A DNA stretch of 64,000 nt from Candidatus Latescibacterota bacterium (GCA_965237525.1 CBDEFO010000004.1:128001-192000); one strand, 5' to 3'; positions 11,197 through 21,483 are shown, counted from the first letter of the stretch. The notes: a model not told the origin generated them from the letters alone. Program-made: numbers and translations.

Positions 11197-12450
11197 GTGA
11201 GTTGCTTGTCTAAATGGCGGGTTCAGGCAGGTAACTTATCGTTAGAAAGACATGGACAGATAACGAGTAAGAAATGCTTAATGCGAAGAAGGAGCTCTTG
11301 TTTATTGAAAGAAAACTGGCATAGCTCGGCTGAATACCAACGCAGACTCAAAAGGGTACGGGCTGAGATGACACTACGGGAGCTGGATGGCCTGCTAATC
11401 TTCTCGCCGGCCAACGTGTACTACTTGACCGGGCACCACAGCATCGACTCGTGGGAGTTCCGAGGATTGGTCATCATGCACGACGGCGATCCGGTAATGC
11501 TTTTATGTAGCTTCGAGCGTGGGCGGTTCGTCGCCAGTTCATGGCTCGCCGATGCCGTCTTCTACGGACCCACGGACGACCCGGTTTCACAGCTTGCCGG
11601 AACAATAGAGGACTTGAACCTCGCAGCGGCGCGGCTGGGAATCGAACTGAATGCGCCGAACCTGAGCGTTGCGACCTACCAACGCATCGAAGAACAGTTA
11701 AATATGGCTAATCTGCTTGGTGCCGACCGCTTGGTTGATCGCATCCGCATGGTCAAGTCCGATGCGGAACTGACGTGCGTGCGCCGCGCAGCAGAATTGA
11801 CCAATATTGGACTCTGTGCGGCGCGTGAGGAAATTCATCCGGGTGTGTTCGATTACGAGATTGTCGCTGCCGCAACCGATGCTATGTTCCGCGCCGGTAG
11901 TCACCAGTTTGTCATGCAGCCGACGGTGGCGGTCGGTTATCGCAGCGGTCTGTCGCACAGCCAGCACGACAGCCTCCAGGCACTAACCGGCGATTCGATT
12001 TTCATCGAACTGAGCGGAAACTACCGTCACTATTCCGCCCCGGTTATGTACACGACCACCATCGGCCCTGTGTATGACGAGCGGGACGAGTTCCTTGACG
12101 TTGCCCATAGAGCCGCCGAAGCGATCATTGAACACGCGAAGCCGGGCGTCCGAGCATGTGACGTAGCTGACAAAGCGCTCGCCACGATGCGCTCGATCGA
12201 AGACCGCATCCAGTTTCACTACAACTTCGGCTACTCCGTAGGCATCAGTTTTCCGCCCCACTGGTTAGAAGAGTCGTATTTTCACATTCGTGCGACGAAT
12301 GAGGAGCGGTTACAAGCAGGCATGGTGTTCCACCTGCCGTTGACCATTCGCGTCCTCGGCAAGTATGGAGCGGGAACGAGCCGAACGATTGAGATTACCG
12401 AACAGGGCGCACAAGTACTAACCGGACAACCGAACACAATTGGATCCTGA
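11197..12450 (+). CDS. M24 family hydrolase, ectoine hydrolase DoeA/EutD-like (start uncertain, possibly ~11281-11305)
   Basis: Creatinase-type N-terminus (PANVYYLTG), IRMVKS.AE, GYSVGISFPPHW and GMVFH motifs. Confidence 0.8.
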   Translation: MSCLSKWRVQAGNLSLERHGQITSKKCLMRRRSSCLLKENWHSSAEYQRRLKRVRAEMTLRELDGLLIFSPANVYYLTGHHSIDSWEFRGLVIMHDGDPVMLLCSFERGRFVASSWLADAVFYGPTDDPVSQLAGTIEDLNLAAARLGIELNAPNLSVATYQRIEEQLNMANLLGADRLVDRIRMVKSDAELTCVRRAAELTNIGLCAAREEIHPGVFDYEIVAAATDAMFRAGSHQFVMQPTVAVGYRSGLSHSQHDSLQALTGDSIFIELSGNYRHYSAPVMYTTTIGPVYDERDEFLDVAHRAAEAIIEHAKPGVRACDVADKALATMRSIEDRIQFHYNFGYSVGISFPPHWLEESYFHIRATNEERLQAGMVFHLPLTIRVLGKYGAGTSRTIEITEQGAQVLTGQPNTIGS

Positions 12451-12460
12451 GGATGAACCT

Positions 12461-13214
12461 ATGCCAGATGAACAGGCGAAACAGGGCCTGACCACACGTA
12501 TCGCCGTGATTGCGCCGAGTGATGGCATCAATGACGACGAATACAACAACTATCTTCCAGAGGGCGGGGATGTCACACTGCTCTGGACGCGCTACGAAAC
12601 CTTGGCCTACGACAAACCAATTAGCGTGGGTATGGTCGCATCATACGGCGACCTGAATGCAATAGCGCATTCAGCACAGATGATGCGCATCACGCGCCCA
12701 CATGTGTCTATCTACTGCTGCAACTCGTGCAGTTTTGTCCACGGCCCGACGGGTGACCAGAACCATCCGAAACACCATCGCTGAAGCTACAGGCGGAGGT
12801 GCCACTAGCGTTACGAACGCCCAGGTCGAAGCTCTTCGAACGTTGGATGTAAAGCGTGTCGCTGTTGCAGCGCCCTACAGAGCGGAGGTGACCGCCAAGC
12901 TCGTTGAATACCTGGAGCAATCCGACTTTCAAGTTACGCAAAGCCGCTCGAAGGCATTCATCAGCGAGTGGCAGATTGGCAACTCACCATCTTCGGTCTG
13001 GTTCGACCTTGCCAAGCAGGCCGACAGTCGGGAAGCAGAAGCAGTCGTGCTCGCATGCAGTGGCATCCGCACCAGCGATATCATCGAGAGGTTTGAAGCC
13101 GAACAAGCGAAACCACTCATCTCTGCTCCTGCTGTTGTCATGTGGCATGCTTTGAGACTCGCGGGTATCAATACTCAATTCGATGGCAGAGGGGTACTCT
13201 TTGCAGAATATTGA
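12461..13214 (+). pseudogene. Maleate isomerase / Asp-Glu racemase family (EutA-like), one frameshift near 12760
   Basis: YCCNSCSF, VAAPY and LACSG motifs in two overlapping ORFs; the frameshift may be a sequencing error. Confidence 0.75.
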
Positions 13215-13474
13215 CTCATCGAGGTCTTGAAAGGAACCTGGGAGCCGGGTCAGACGGATCGCGAATCACCAAAAGAGGGATCGGGGGACGAATATGCACC
13301 AGTATCGATATAGGAAAAGGTACAATTGAATGATATACGAGATTATTACTTCCTATCAGCTAAGGGTTTTCACTCGTGTTTCGTGTTGTTCCCTAACTCT
13401 TTATTGTATTTATGGTTATAACTGATCACCTTTTACGGTGTTTCTTTGTTTTTCACGGTGCTTTGGCTTGTTCC

Positions 13475-13505
13475 AGTAGAAATTTAGTAGAAGTTTGGTA
13501 GAAAA
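13475..13505. repeat. Three (A/G)GTAGAA units at 11-bp period (candidate integrase arm-type sites, left end)
   Basis: Units at 13475, 13486 and 13497; matching set at 19922, 19933 and 19944. Confidence 0.6.
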
Positions 13506-13861
13506 GTAAAGGACAACATTGCCCAGGGCTATTCAGTGTTCCCAGAAGCGCTGTTGAGTAGGAGTGAAGCAACGTATCGAGGCCAATCAGGACTCGCGCA
13601 CCCCCGGACTGAGAACTGGAAACTCCGTGGCAACTACCAATCCTCTATTGACATCCACTGTCTGATTTTGTATCTTACCACCAAATTGATCTGCACTTTT
13701 GTATCTTTCCTCCTGATTGACCAACACTACCGATTACGAATACCAACGCCAAGATTGCAGAACTGTGACAGAAGATGTCACAATCGGGTCTTATTATTAC
13801 TCTAGGTAGTGACGAAGGAGCCCCTACAACAACTCTGGCTGTATAGAAAGGAGGCCTATCA

Positions 13862-14994
13862 ATGAGACAGGAACTCTTCAATACAGCTCTGATCCTGTTG
13901 GTCGCTTTGAATGCGCCTACCTATGCACAGGGTCTTTTCGGACCGAAGACCGACTATGCTGTCGGAAGCCGCCCTATGTCAGTATTCATTGCAGATTTAG
14001 ATGGGGATGGAGATAATGACCTGGCTGCGGCTAATGGTGGCAGCGATAATCTATCAGTGTTGTTGAACAATGGCAATGGTACATTTGCACCTAAGGTGGA
14101 CTATGCTGCTGGGTTTCAAGCCCTTTCAGTTTTCTGTGCAGATTTAGATGGAGATGGTGACAATGATGTGGCTGCGGCTAATCATGGATTTCTTGATTTA
14201 TTTGGTAGATTCTCCGGTAGTAGTGTATCCGTGTTATTGAATAATGGAGATGGCACATTTGCACCTAAGGAAGACTATGCCACTGGGGATAGACCCACAT
14301 CAGTCTTCAGTGCAGATTTAGATGGAGATGGAAATAATGACCTGGCTGTGGCTAATCAGGGCAGCTTTCCTGCACCAAGTAATGTGTCGGTGTTATTGAA
14401 TAATGGGAATGGAACATTTGCACCTAAGGTGGACTATCGTACTGGGAGCTTCCCCACTTCAGTGTTCAGTGCAGATGTAGAGGGCGATGGGGATAATGAC
14501 TTAGCTGTGGCTAATGGGAACAGCCATAATGTGTCAGTGTTGTTAAATAATAGGGATGGAACATTTGCACCTAAGGTGGACTATGATGCTGGCAGGTTTC
14601 CCTTTTCAGTATTCATTGCTGATTTAGATGGTGATGGGGATAATGACTTTGCTGTGGCTCATAGTGGCGGTGTATGGGTGTTGGGGAAACACTATGCCGC
14701 TGGGGATAGTCCCTCATCAGTATTCATTTCAGATTTAGACGGGGATGGAGATAATGACCTGGCTGTGGCTAATGCGGGCAGCAATAATGTATCAGTGTTG
14801 CTGAATCTGTCCGCTACCCCCGCTACCATAAATGAGTAGGCAGAACTATCATCAGACCTTCCTGAGACTTACGTTCTTCTATAGTCCGGGATGGCAAAGG
14901 TAATAATGGAAAGAGCCTTGCCAGCGGCGTTTATCTGTATCGTCTGGAGGTGGATGGATTTGTGCAGACAAGGAAGCTGGTCTTGATGAAATAG
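13862..14994 (+). pseudogene. Secreted FG-GAP/VCBS-repeat protein (ORF 13862-14839) with a broken FlgD-Ig-type C-terminal tail
   Basis: Signal peptide and six DLDGDGDND-type repeats. After the TAG the frame reads AELSSDLPETYVLL*, then ...DGKGNNGKSLASGVYLYRLEVDGFVQTRKLVLMK*. Confidence 0.8.
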
Positions 14995-15058
14995 GCTTAT
15001 TTCAAGTTAAATTCTAAAGAGAGACAAAGATACCTGTTGACATCAGCGCACAGAAAAG

Positions 15059-15166
15059 ATAGTAAAGGATCATGACGAATGGCGCGGGAGAAAGACGACA
15101 AATCTCATCGCCAGCGAAAACTCCATAAGCCCTGCGGCCAGAAGCGTGTCAAGATCTGACTTTGCC
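15059..15166 (+). pseudogene. glyA: 5' fragment of serine hydroxymethyltransferase, archaeal-like
   Basis: IVKDHDEWRGRKTTNLIASENSISPAARSVSRSDFA (LIASEN motif, SDF). Confidence 0.6.
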
Positions 15167-15222
15167 GATTCTGAAACAACACTGATACATTATCGCTGGT
15201 CTCATTAGCCACAGCTACTTAA

Positions 15223-16741
15223 AAGCCTTGTGAAATAGTTATGTCCCAGGCAGCGTCTGAAGCGCCGATTATGGGTCAAAGAGTAGCATATCGTATCGTT
15301 TTGCTGTGGAATAAGCAAAATAGTCTTATCAGAGTTCTGGTCAGCAAGGAACAGGAGCTGTTTGAAGAACAGGATGCACTGTCTTTGACAGACAGGGCAC
15401 ACATAGACGCTTTCCCCCTTCTTATGAAAGATACAAGCCTCTTGAGATTCTGTACTGTTGCAACAAGATTCAACTGTTCATTCAGTGAGGCTGGTCCTCT
15501 GTAACGGGCTCGTCCCATACCGTGTTGTTGCCTGGCTTCAGCAAAGATATGTTCACTGCGTTTACGGAGTCTCCGGGAGAGTTTGTAGTCAGCTGTTAAT
15601 GAGATAGACCGTGCATGATTTCTGGCTTTCGCCTCTCGCACTTTTCTATCCCGTTCGGCCTGAATATGTGCTGGATTTGTCTTGTTTTTCCATGTAGGAA
15701 TCGGTTCAATCTTCTCATCGGCTCGCAGAGGAATATGGGGTATGATTCCCCGGTCAAGTACATCAGCGATAAAATTACCAGAACCGTAACCGGTATCGGC
15801 ACTAAGTGTCTGAATGTCTTTGGGCATGGTGTATGTTTCAAGGTCATCTACCATCTTAAGGGCACTTTCGGGCTCTGCTGTCCCTGTCGCCTGCGTGCCC
15901 TGAGTCTCAAGGATTACTCTGCTTTTTGTGTCGATCAGATCATGGCCCATAAACGAGAGAAAAGCCCCTTTGCCCTTCGATTTGCTGTATAAGCGCGCGT
16001 CGGGGTCTGTAGTCGAACGGTGTGTTTGGTTCGTCCACTTTTCACCATGAAAGTCTTTATCCTGAGGATGCCCGGACCTACCCTTTGTCTTATCACCTTC
16101 AAAACCGATTCCCTTGAGATAATCATCAAGAGAAACAGGGGGTTCTATCGGCTCAATACTTTTCACTGAAGCATCAGCTTGTATCTGAGTGCCGTCGACA
16201 CTAAGGTGTTTACCGCTCACAAGACCGACATCTATGCAACACTGGACTACCTGACGCATTATCCGTTCAAACAACCCACTGGATGCCCACTTGTGATTGC
16301 GAAGCTTGTTGATCGTGCTCCTATCCGGAACCGCATCATCAAATGTCTGATGACAAAACAACCGATATGCCGCATGCATCCCCACTTCCTGACAGAGCCG
16401 ATTCTCACTCAAATTATACAGATAGCCAATAAGGATCATTCGAACAACTAATTCAGGATCAATACCGGGTCTGCCATTGTCAGGGCAATAACAATCTGAT
16501 ACAACGTCTCGTACAAATGAAAAATCAACTGCCTCATCAATCTGACGAAGGATATGATCCTCGGGAACTAAATCCTCCATCTGAAAATAGTGAAACATCG
16601 GATTTGTCTGTTCCTGCTTTTGTGGGGTCATTGTTTCCTCCATGTATAATATTATCAATAACATAATATAATACATCGGAGCTGCTTTATCAATGCTTGT
16701 TCTATACTACTTTCTGAATCTAAGGGTTTTTAACAAGGCTT
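15223..16741 (-). mobile_element. IS1182-family insertion sequence
   Basis: TIRs AAGCCTTGTGAAA (15223-15235) and TTTAACAAGGCTT (16729-16741); TTAA flanks at 15219-15222 and 16742-16745. Confidence 0.88.
15276..16631 (-). CDS. IS1182-family DDE transposase
   Basis: VPEDHILR, GRPGIDP, VDGTQIQADAS, STTDPDARL, ADTGYG and EHIFAE motifs. Confidence 0.92.
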   Translation of the reverse strand: MTPQKQEQTNPMFHYFQMEDLVPEDHILRQIDEAVDFSFVRDVVSDCYCPDNGRPGIDPELVVRMILIGYLYNLSENRLCQEVGMHAAYRLFCHQTFDDAVPDRSTINKLRNHKWASSGLFERIMRQVVQCCIDVGLVSGKHLSVDGTQIQADASVKSIEPIEPPVSLDDYLKGIGFEGDKTKGRSGHPQDKDFHGEKWTNQTHRSTTDPDARLYSKSKGKGAFLSFMGHDLIDTKSRVILETQGTQATGTAEPESALKMVDDLETYTMPKDIQTLSADTGYGSGNFIADVLDRGIIPHIPLRADEKIEPIPTWKNKTNPAHIQAERDRKVREAKARNHARSISLTADYKLSRRLRKRSEHIFAEARQQHGMGRARYRGPASLNEQLNLVATVQNLKRLVSFIRRGKASMCALSVKDSASCSSNSSCSLLTRTLIRLFCLFHSKTIRYATL

Positions 16742-16830
16742 TTAAATAAAGTAAAATACAGGGATCTCTCTTAAAAGTAAATAACAAAATACAAAACCCA
16801 ACAAAACATACTATACGAGGAGATGTGAAC

Positions 16831-18397
16831 ATGACTGCACGCAAAAAGGATCGGCGCGTATTATTCAATGATGACGGATGGATAATGGGCGCATATGGAC
16901 CTCCCCTGACCGTAGACCAAATGAGGGACAATATGATCGCACCTTACGAAGGGACACCGGTGGACACCTTTCTCTGGTCGATAGGAGGCCACGAGGTCTA
17001 CGACTACGAGACCGAAGTTGGAGAACTGTTCGGCGAAGGTTATGAAGACCTCGGCGCTGGACAAAAGAGGAAGTATGAAAACCTTCGGCACATGATAAAA
17101 GAGAACGGGGGGCCAGTAACGGTCATTGCCGACTTGTGCCGCGAGGCGGGACTGAGCTTCTTTCCCTCAGTGAGGATGAACGAACACTACGACATGGAGG
17201 AGTCAGCTCCTAACTACGGCCGGCTCAGAAGAGAACACCCGGAATTACTCATCGGCCGTACCGGAGAGGAGATACCGGACGGGAGCCTCGAATGGGGCAT
17301 CAGGACGGGTCTTAACTACGCGTTCCCGGAGGTGCGAGCTCACATGACCAAGATCATCTTCGAGCTGTTCGAGCGTTTCGACGTGGACGGTATAGAGCTG
17401 GACTTCATGCGCCATCCGGCCTTCTTCAGGGTTGAAGAGGCATACGCCAACCGTTACCTGATGACGGACATGATAGATCACATACGCCAGAGGATTAACA
17501 AGGTCGGCGCCGAGAGGGGAAAGAAACTCGAACTGGCGGCGAGGGTCCCACCGACACTGGCCGACTCTAAGAGGATAGGACTCGATGCCGAAGCATGGAT
17601 CAAAGAAGGGCTCATAGACATACTCATCGCGGGTGGAGGGTTCATTCCGTTCGAGATGCCTATCGCAGAGTTTGTGGAGGCAGCAAAGGGAACCGATTGC
17701 CAGGTCCTGTGGCTGCTTCGAGGCGCTCAGGCCGTTTGTGGATGAGGAATTGCTCAGGGCTGCAGCCGCTCGCTACTGGCGAGCAGGTGTCGATGGAATA
17801 TATCTCTTTAACTACTTCAGTATGTCAAACGAGTGGAGACGCAGCGTCCTGGCCCAGATGGCAGACCCGGATGCGCTAGTGCTTACTGACAAGCTCTATG
17901 AACTGGACTATTCTGATAGAGACAGGCCGACTTCCCAGCTCTGGTACTCGTTCCGGAACGCAATTCCTTTCGTTCAACTGCCCGTTACCTTGGACAAAAC
18001 GCTTGCCGAGCGCGGTGCGATCCTCCGCATGGACATCGCCGACGATATGGAGACAGTCACCGCGGATGGAACATTGTTGAAATGCATTCTCGTGCTGGGA
18101 TTCGAGGACATTATGGATGGAGACGAGATAGAGGTAGGCCTCAACCAGGTATCGGTCCCATGGAAATCGGGTAAGATTCCCTCAAATGGCTGGAGTCGCC
18201 GGGAGTATGAGCGGAACCAATATCCGGCTATGCTCAAAGAGGTCGCCCTGGAAGGTGACAGCATCGAGTTCCAAATAGCCAGTCCGCCGCTTAAACAAGG
18301 GGTGAACGAGCTTGAGGTCCGCCTGGTCAAGTCCGCCTCGGAGCGTACACAGCCGGTAGTCCTTAAAGGTGTAAGATTCTCAATAACCTACAAATAG
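16831..18397 (+). pseudogene. Glycoside hydrolase-like (GHL10/DUF187-like TIM barrel) protein, single frameshift near 17708
   Basis: FNDDG, PSVRMNE.Y, NYAFPEVR, DGIELDFMRH and GIYLFNY motifs; a 1-nt insertion splits the ORF (possible sequencing error). Confidence 0.7.
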
Positions 18398-18759
18398 ATA
18401 ATCCCGACGTGAATCTTCTTGGACTATGCAACGCGACGAGCAGCCGGACCCAGAGAGGAGCCTTCTTTCTAATCAGCTCCGCCTTGATCGCACCCCCTCA
18501 ACCACCACTTAAGCTAGAACCTTCGGCAGGTCCTCTAACTGCTTACCATTGTGGATCTTGAGGACTTGACACCTTCCTCAAGAAGCACTTAATGCCCTGA
18601 AATTGCCTTGCTTCTGTTCCGATTCTTTTTTATAATTAGTGCACGGATAAACGACACAATTTGGAGCGTAGGAACTGGCTTCTCTGAACTACTTTTGAGA
18701 GGCTATGGCTACTATTTGGTCACCGTCGGTCAACAGTCGCATTGCAAGCTCAATAAAAC

Positions 18760-18788
18760 TTGCATAAGGAAAGATTATCTTGTATATA
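18760..18788 (+). promoter_or_regulatory. Sigma70-like promoter
   Basis: TTGCAT-N17-TATATA upstream of the structured leader. Confidence 0.4.
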
Positions 18789-18813
18789 TAGTTTTATAAG
18801 AACGCTGCTATAG

Positions 18814-18927
18814 TTTACATTGCCAACAAGCCTATGGAGATAGCTCCTCCGCAGGGCAACGCCGAGAGTAAAAGCCGATGACTGGGTACCCCATCGAGTC
18901 GTCGGCTTTTTTGTTGGCAGACGTAAA
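18814..18927 (+). ncRNA. Candidate structured leader RNA (multi-stem)
   Basis: Outer stem TTTAC.TTGCCAACAA / TTGTTGGCAG..GTAAA; inner AAAAGCCGATGACT / AGTCGTCGGCTTTT hairpin; ends at an AGGAGG RBS. Confidence 0.5.
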
Positions 18928-18939
18928 GGAGGCAAAACT

Positions 18940-19104
18940 ATGAATAAGAATTCAAAGAAGGTTGGTCGAAAGACAAAGTTAACGCCTGAGCTGCAACAGG
19001 TTCTATGTGACATCTTTAAAGATGGCAACTTCGTCAGCACAGCATGCAACGCGGTCGGAATCGGCACACCGTTCCTACAAGAACAACATCAAGCGGCACC
19101 TTAA
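18940..19104 (+). pseudogene. Truncated phage-type HTH protein (terminase small-subunit-like N-terminus)
   Basis: MNKNSKKVGRKTKLTPELQQVLCDIFKDGNFVSTACNAVGI then runs into integrase sequence. Confidence 0.55.
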
Positions 19105-19948
19105 ACCGTTCTTCGGAGAGTACGAATTAACGGCTATCACACCAGAGTATATCTAGAAGTACGTCTCCAGAAGAGGAGCAAGAAGTTGTCTCCTCAGACG
19201 ATCAAGAACACGCTGTTTCCACTCAAGGAAATGTTAAAGCACGCCGTAAGATGGGGTTATCTTCGGGAAAGTCCAGCGTTATACATAGAGACGCCCAGAG
19301 TTCCCCACTACGAAATGGATTTTATGACGGTGGAGGAAATCCATATCTTCCTGAATCACGTGGCACAGAAGTGGTATGCGCTGTTCCTCACTGCTGTTAT
19401 GACCGTCATGCGTCGAGGAGAATTATTAGCTATGAAGTGGAATAACATCGACTGGAACAGAGAGCAGTACTTCGTCAGAGAGGCGCTATACAGGAAGAGT
19501 TTAGTCGAACCGAAGTCAGCTACCTCCAGAAGGGCGATCAACCTGTCTCCTACCCTAATGGACTCCCTTAGGGCGCACCGGGCACGTCAGATACGAGGAG
19601 AAGATGAGATTTGGGCCGGCCTACCAGGACCTAGACCTGGTGTTCTGCCATGAGGATGGAACACCCCTTGATCCGGATACAGTGAGAAAGCGGGAGTTCC
19701 ACAGGTATTTGAAGGATGCGGGCATCCGGCGAATCCGGTTCCACGATCTGCGTCATACTTACGCCAGCCTGTTGCTCACCCAAAGGGAAAGTCCCAAGTA
19801 CATTCAGAGTCAGTTGGGGCACTCTTCCATCCAGATCACATTTGACCGATATGGGCATCTCATGCCGGAAGCACACAAAGAGGCAGCGGAACGGCTTGAC
19901 ACAAGGGTTTTCGGATCGTTTAGTAGAAAAATAGTAGAAATTCGGTGA
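19070..19948 (+). pseudogene. Tyrosine recombinase (phage integrase), 5'-truncated with a stop and frameshifts
   Basis: KRHLKPFFG, MRRGELLA, RFHDLRHTYAS, QLGHSS and TFDRYGH motifs; TAG near 19155; frameshifts near 19180 and 19600. Confidence 0.9.
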
Positions 19949-19950
19949 AA
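19922..19950. repeat. AGTAGAA x2 + GGTGAAA at 11-bp period (candidate arm-type sites, right end)
   Basis: Located at the integrase 3' end, next to the tRNA. Confidence 0.6.
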
Positions 19951-19971
19951 GATAAGCCGAATTAAGAAATG

Positions 19972-20008
19972 ATTAATCCCTGTAACTGATTTAATTACAA
20001 GGATTAAT
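19972..20008 (-). terminator. Hairpin just 3' of the tRNA
   Basis: ATTAATCC-CTGTAA...TTACAA-GGATTAAT inverted repeat. Confidence 0.45.
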
Positions 20009-20011
20009 AGC

Positions 20012-20087
20012 TGGAGGGCTATGCGCGATTCGAACGCGCGACCTTTGGTTCCGGAGACCAACGCTCTATCCGCTGAGCTAATAGCCC
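20012..20087 (-). tRNA. tRNA-Arg(CCG)
   Basis: Cloverleaf: GGGCTAT/ATAGCCC acceptor stem, TTGGT-CTCCGGA-ACCAA anticodon arm, TTCGAAT T-loop, encoded CCA. Confidence 0.97.
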
Positions 20088-20201
20088 CAAAAGTTGTATC
20101 TCAGTACCTTGAGTTGTTCTCCGAAAAGATAATCAACAAAACCTTGGTTGTCAAATAATTCAATAAATGTTTCTCGTTTCCTCCTCGGACGTTGAGTTAA
20201 C

Positions 20202-21407
20202 CTAAGCTCCGAACTTCATGAGTCGTCCGGCGTGGGCAAGTGCCAAGGACATAACTTCAGTTGCGGGGAAAGTTCCCAACAGACCTTTGGCGCATTCGGT
20301 CTCTGAGAATGCGGCGGTACCGTCCTTTCTGCACCATCTGCTCTTTATTGTAAAGGGCACAGGGTGCCAGCTGTGAATTTTTAACGTCGCAGGTGTGGAG
20401 TGATCGCCTGTGATCATTATAACATCTGGGTTAAGGCCAGTCGCTTCTGGGATTAGGCTGTCTATCTCCTCGATGACTTCGACCTTGCCGGAAAAATTTC
20501 CGTCTTCTCCGAAACTGTCGGTCGTTTTTACGTGGAGATAGATGAAATCGTAGCTGTTGAACGCTTTTTTCAGAGCTTCAAATTCGTCAGATATCTCGGA
20601 ACTTGTGGGTATTACTTCCATTCCGACCATGCGGGCGACGCCGAGATAGTCCGGATACGTGGCGATGGCACCACCTTTTAGACCATAAACTTCGGACATC
20701 GGCAAAAAGTGCGGCTTTGTGTCGAATCCTCTCATAAGGATCATATTCGCGGGATGCTGATCTTTGAGGGCTATTTTGGCTTTGTCTACAAAGCTGTTGA
20801 TCAGTTGGGCTGTCCGCTCTGCCTTTTTGGAGTTCGCCTGGACTTTCTTAGGGAGAAGTCCCACTTCTTGGGGGTCGGTGTCTGTAAGTTCCGGGGAGAG
20901 GCCTTCACCTTTGAAGACTATTACTGCTCTATGGTCTTTCACCGGCTCCATAACAAATCCGACGTGGGGGAATTCTATGTCCCTTAAGATCTCGCACAGA
21001 CGGGCGTTTTCACTTGTGGCTATTCTGCCTGCTCTTCTGTCTGTGACTGTTCCGCTGTCATCTACGGTGGCGAAGTTGACCCTCGCTGCGACATCGCCTT
21101 CGTCTATGCCCAGACCGACTCCCATAGCGGCGACTGCGCCCCTTCCGACCTTGTGTTTAACGGAGTCGTAGCCGAAGAGAGCAAGGTGAGCAAGACCGCT
21201 TCCAGGGGTTATTCCCCTTTCTATAGGGATAGTCATTCCGCCCTGACCTTCTTTTGCTATCTTGTCCATATTGGGAGTCTTAGCCGTCTCCAGCTCAGTC
21301 TTCCCCGTATCAGGATGCGGAAGACCTCCCAACCCGTCTATGACAAGGAGAAATATCTTGGAATCCGACGGAACGACTAAGTCTTTGACAAATTCCGAAC
21401 TGATCAT
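20202..21407 (-). CDS. apgM: 2,3-BPG-independent phosphoglycerate mutase (ApgM type)
   Basis: IDGLGG, AKTPNMD, PGSG.AHL, GDHSTP and HSWHPVP motifs. Confidence 0.93.
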   Translation of the reverse strand: MISSEFVKDLVVPSDSKIFLLVIDGLGGLPHPDTGKTELETAKTPNMDKIAKEGQGGMTIPIERGITPGSGLAHLALFGYDSVKHKVGRGAVAAMGVGLGIDEGDVAARVNFATVDDSGTVTDRRAGRIATSENARLCEILRDIEFPHVGFVMEPVKDHRAVIVFKGEGLSPELTDTDPQEVGLLPKKVQANSKKAERTAQLINSFVDKAKIALKDQHPANMILMRGFDTKPHFLPMSEVYGLKGGAIATYPDYLGVARMVGMEVIPTSSEISDEFEALKKAFNSYDFIYLHVKTTDSFGEDGNFSGKVEVIEEIDSLIPEATGLNPDVIMITGDHSTPATLKIHSWHPVPFTIKSRWCRKDGTAAFSETECAKGLLGTFPATEVMSLALAHAGRLMKFGA

Positions 21408-21483
21408 CTTCAGTTTCCTTGTTTACTAGCCGATTGTGTGATCTGCCCCCGATTAACCCCAAATTGAACCTATTGGGGGCGGT

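Noticed and set aside
13351..13535. Short matches to the tRNA (CTATCAGCTAAG, AGGGCTAT) as the att core duplicate
   Set aside because: Too short or in the wrong position to distinguish from chance
13960..14810. Near-identical nucleotide repeats (ACATTTGCACCTAAGG...) as a CRISPR or DGR signature
   Set aside because: Fully explained by FG-GAP protein repeats; no reverse transcriptase present
14837..19156. Several in-frame TAGs at probable Gln sites, suggesting TAG=Gln or pyrrolysine
   Set aside because: All fall in genes that also have deletions or frameshifts, and TAG ends intact genes (8932, 36409, 46809)
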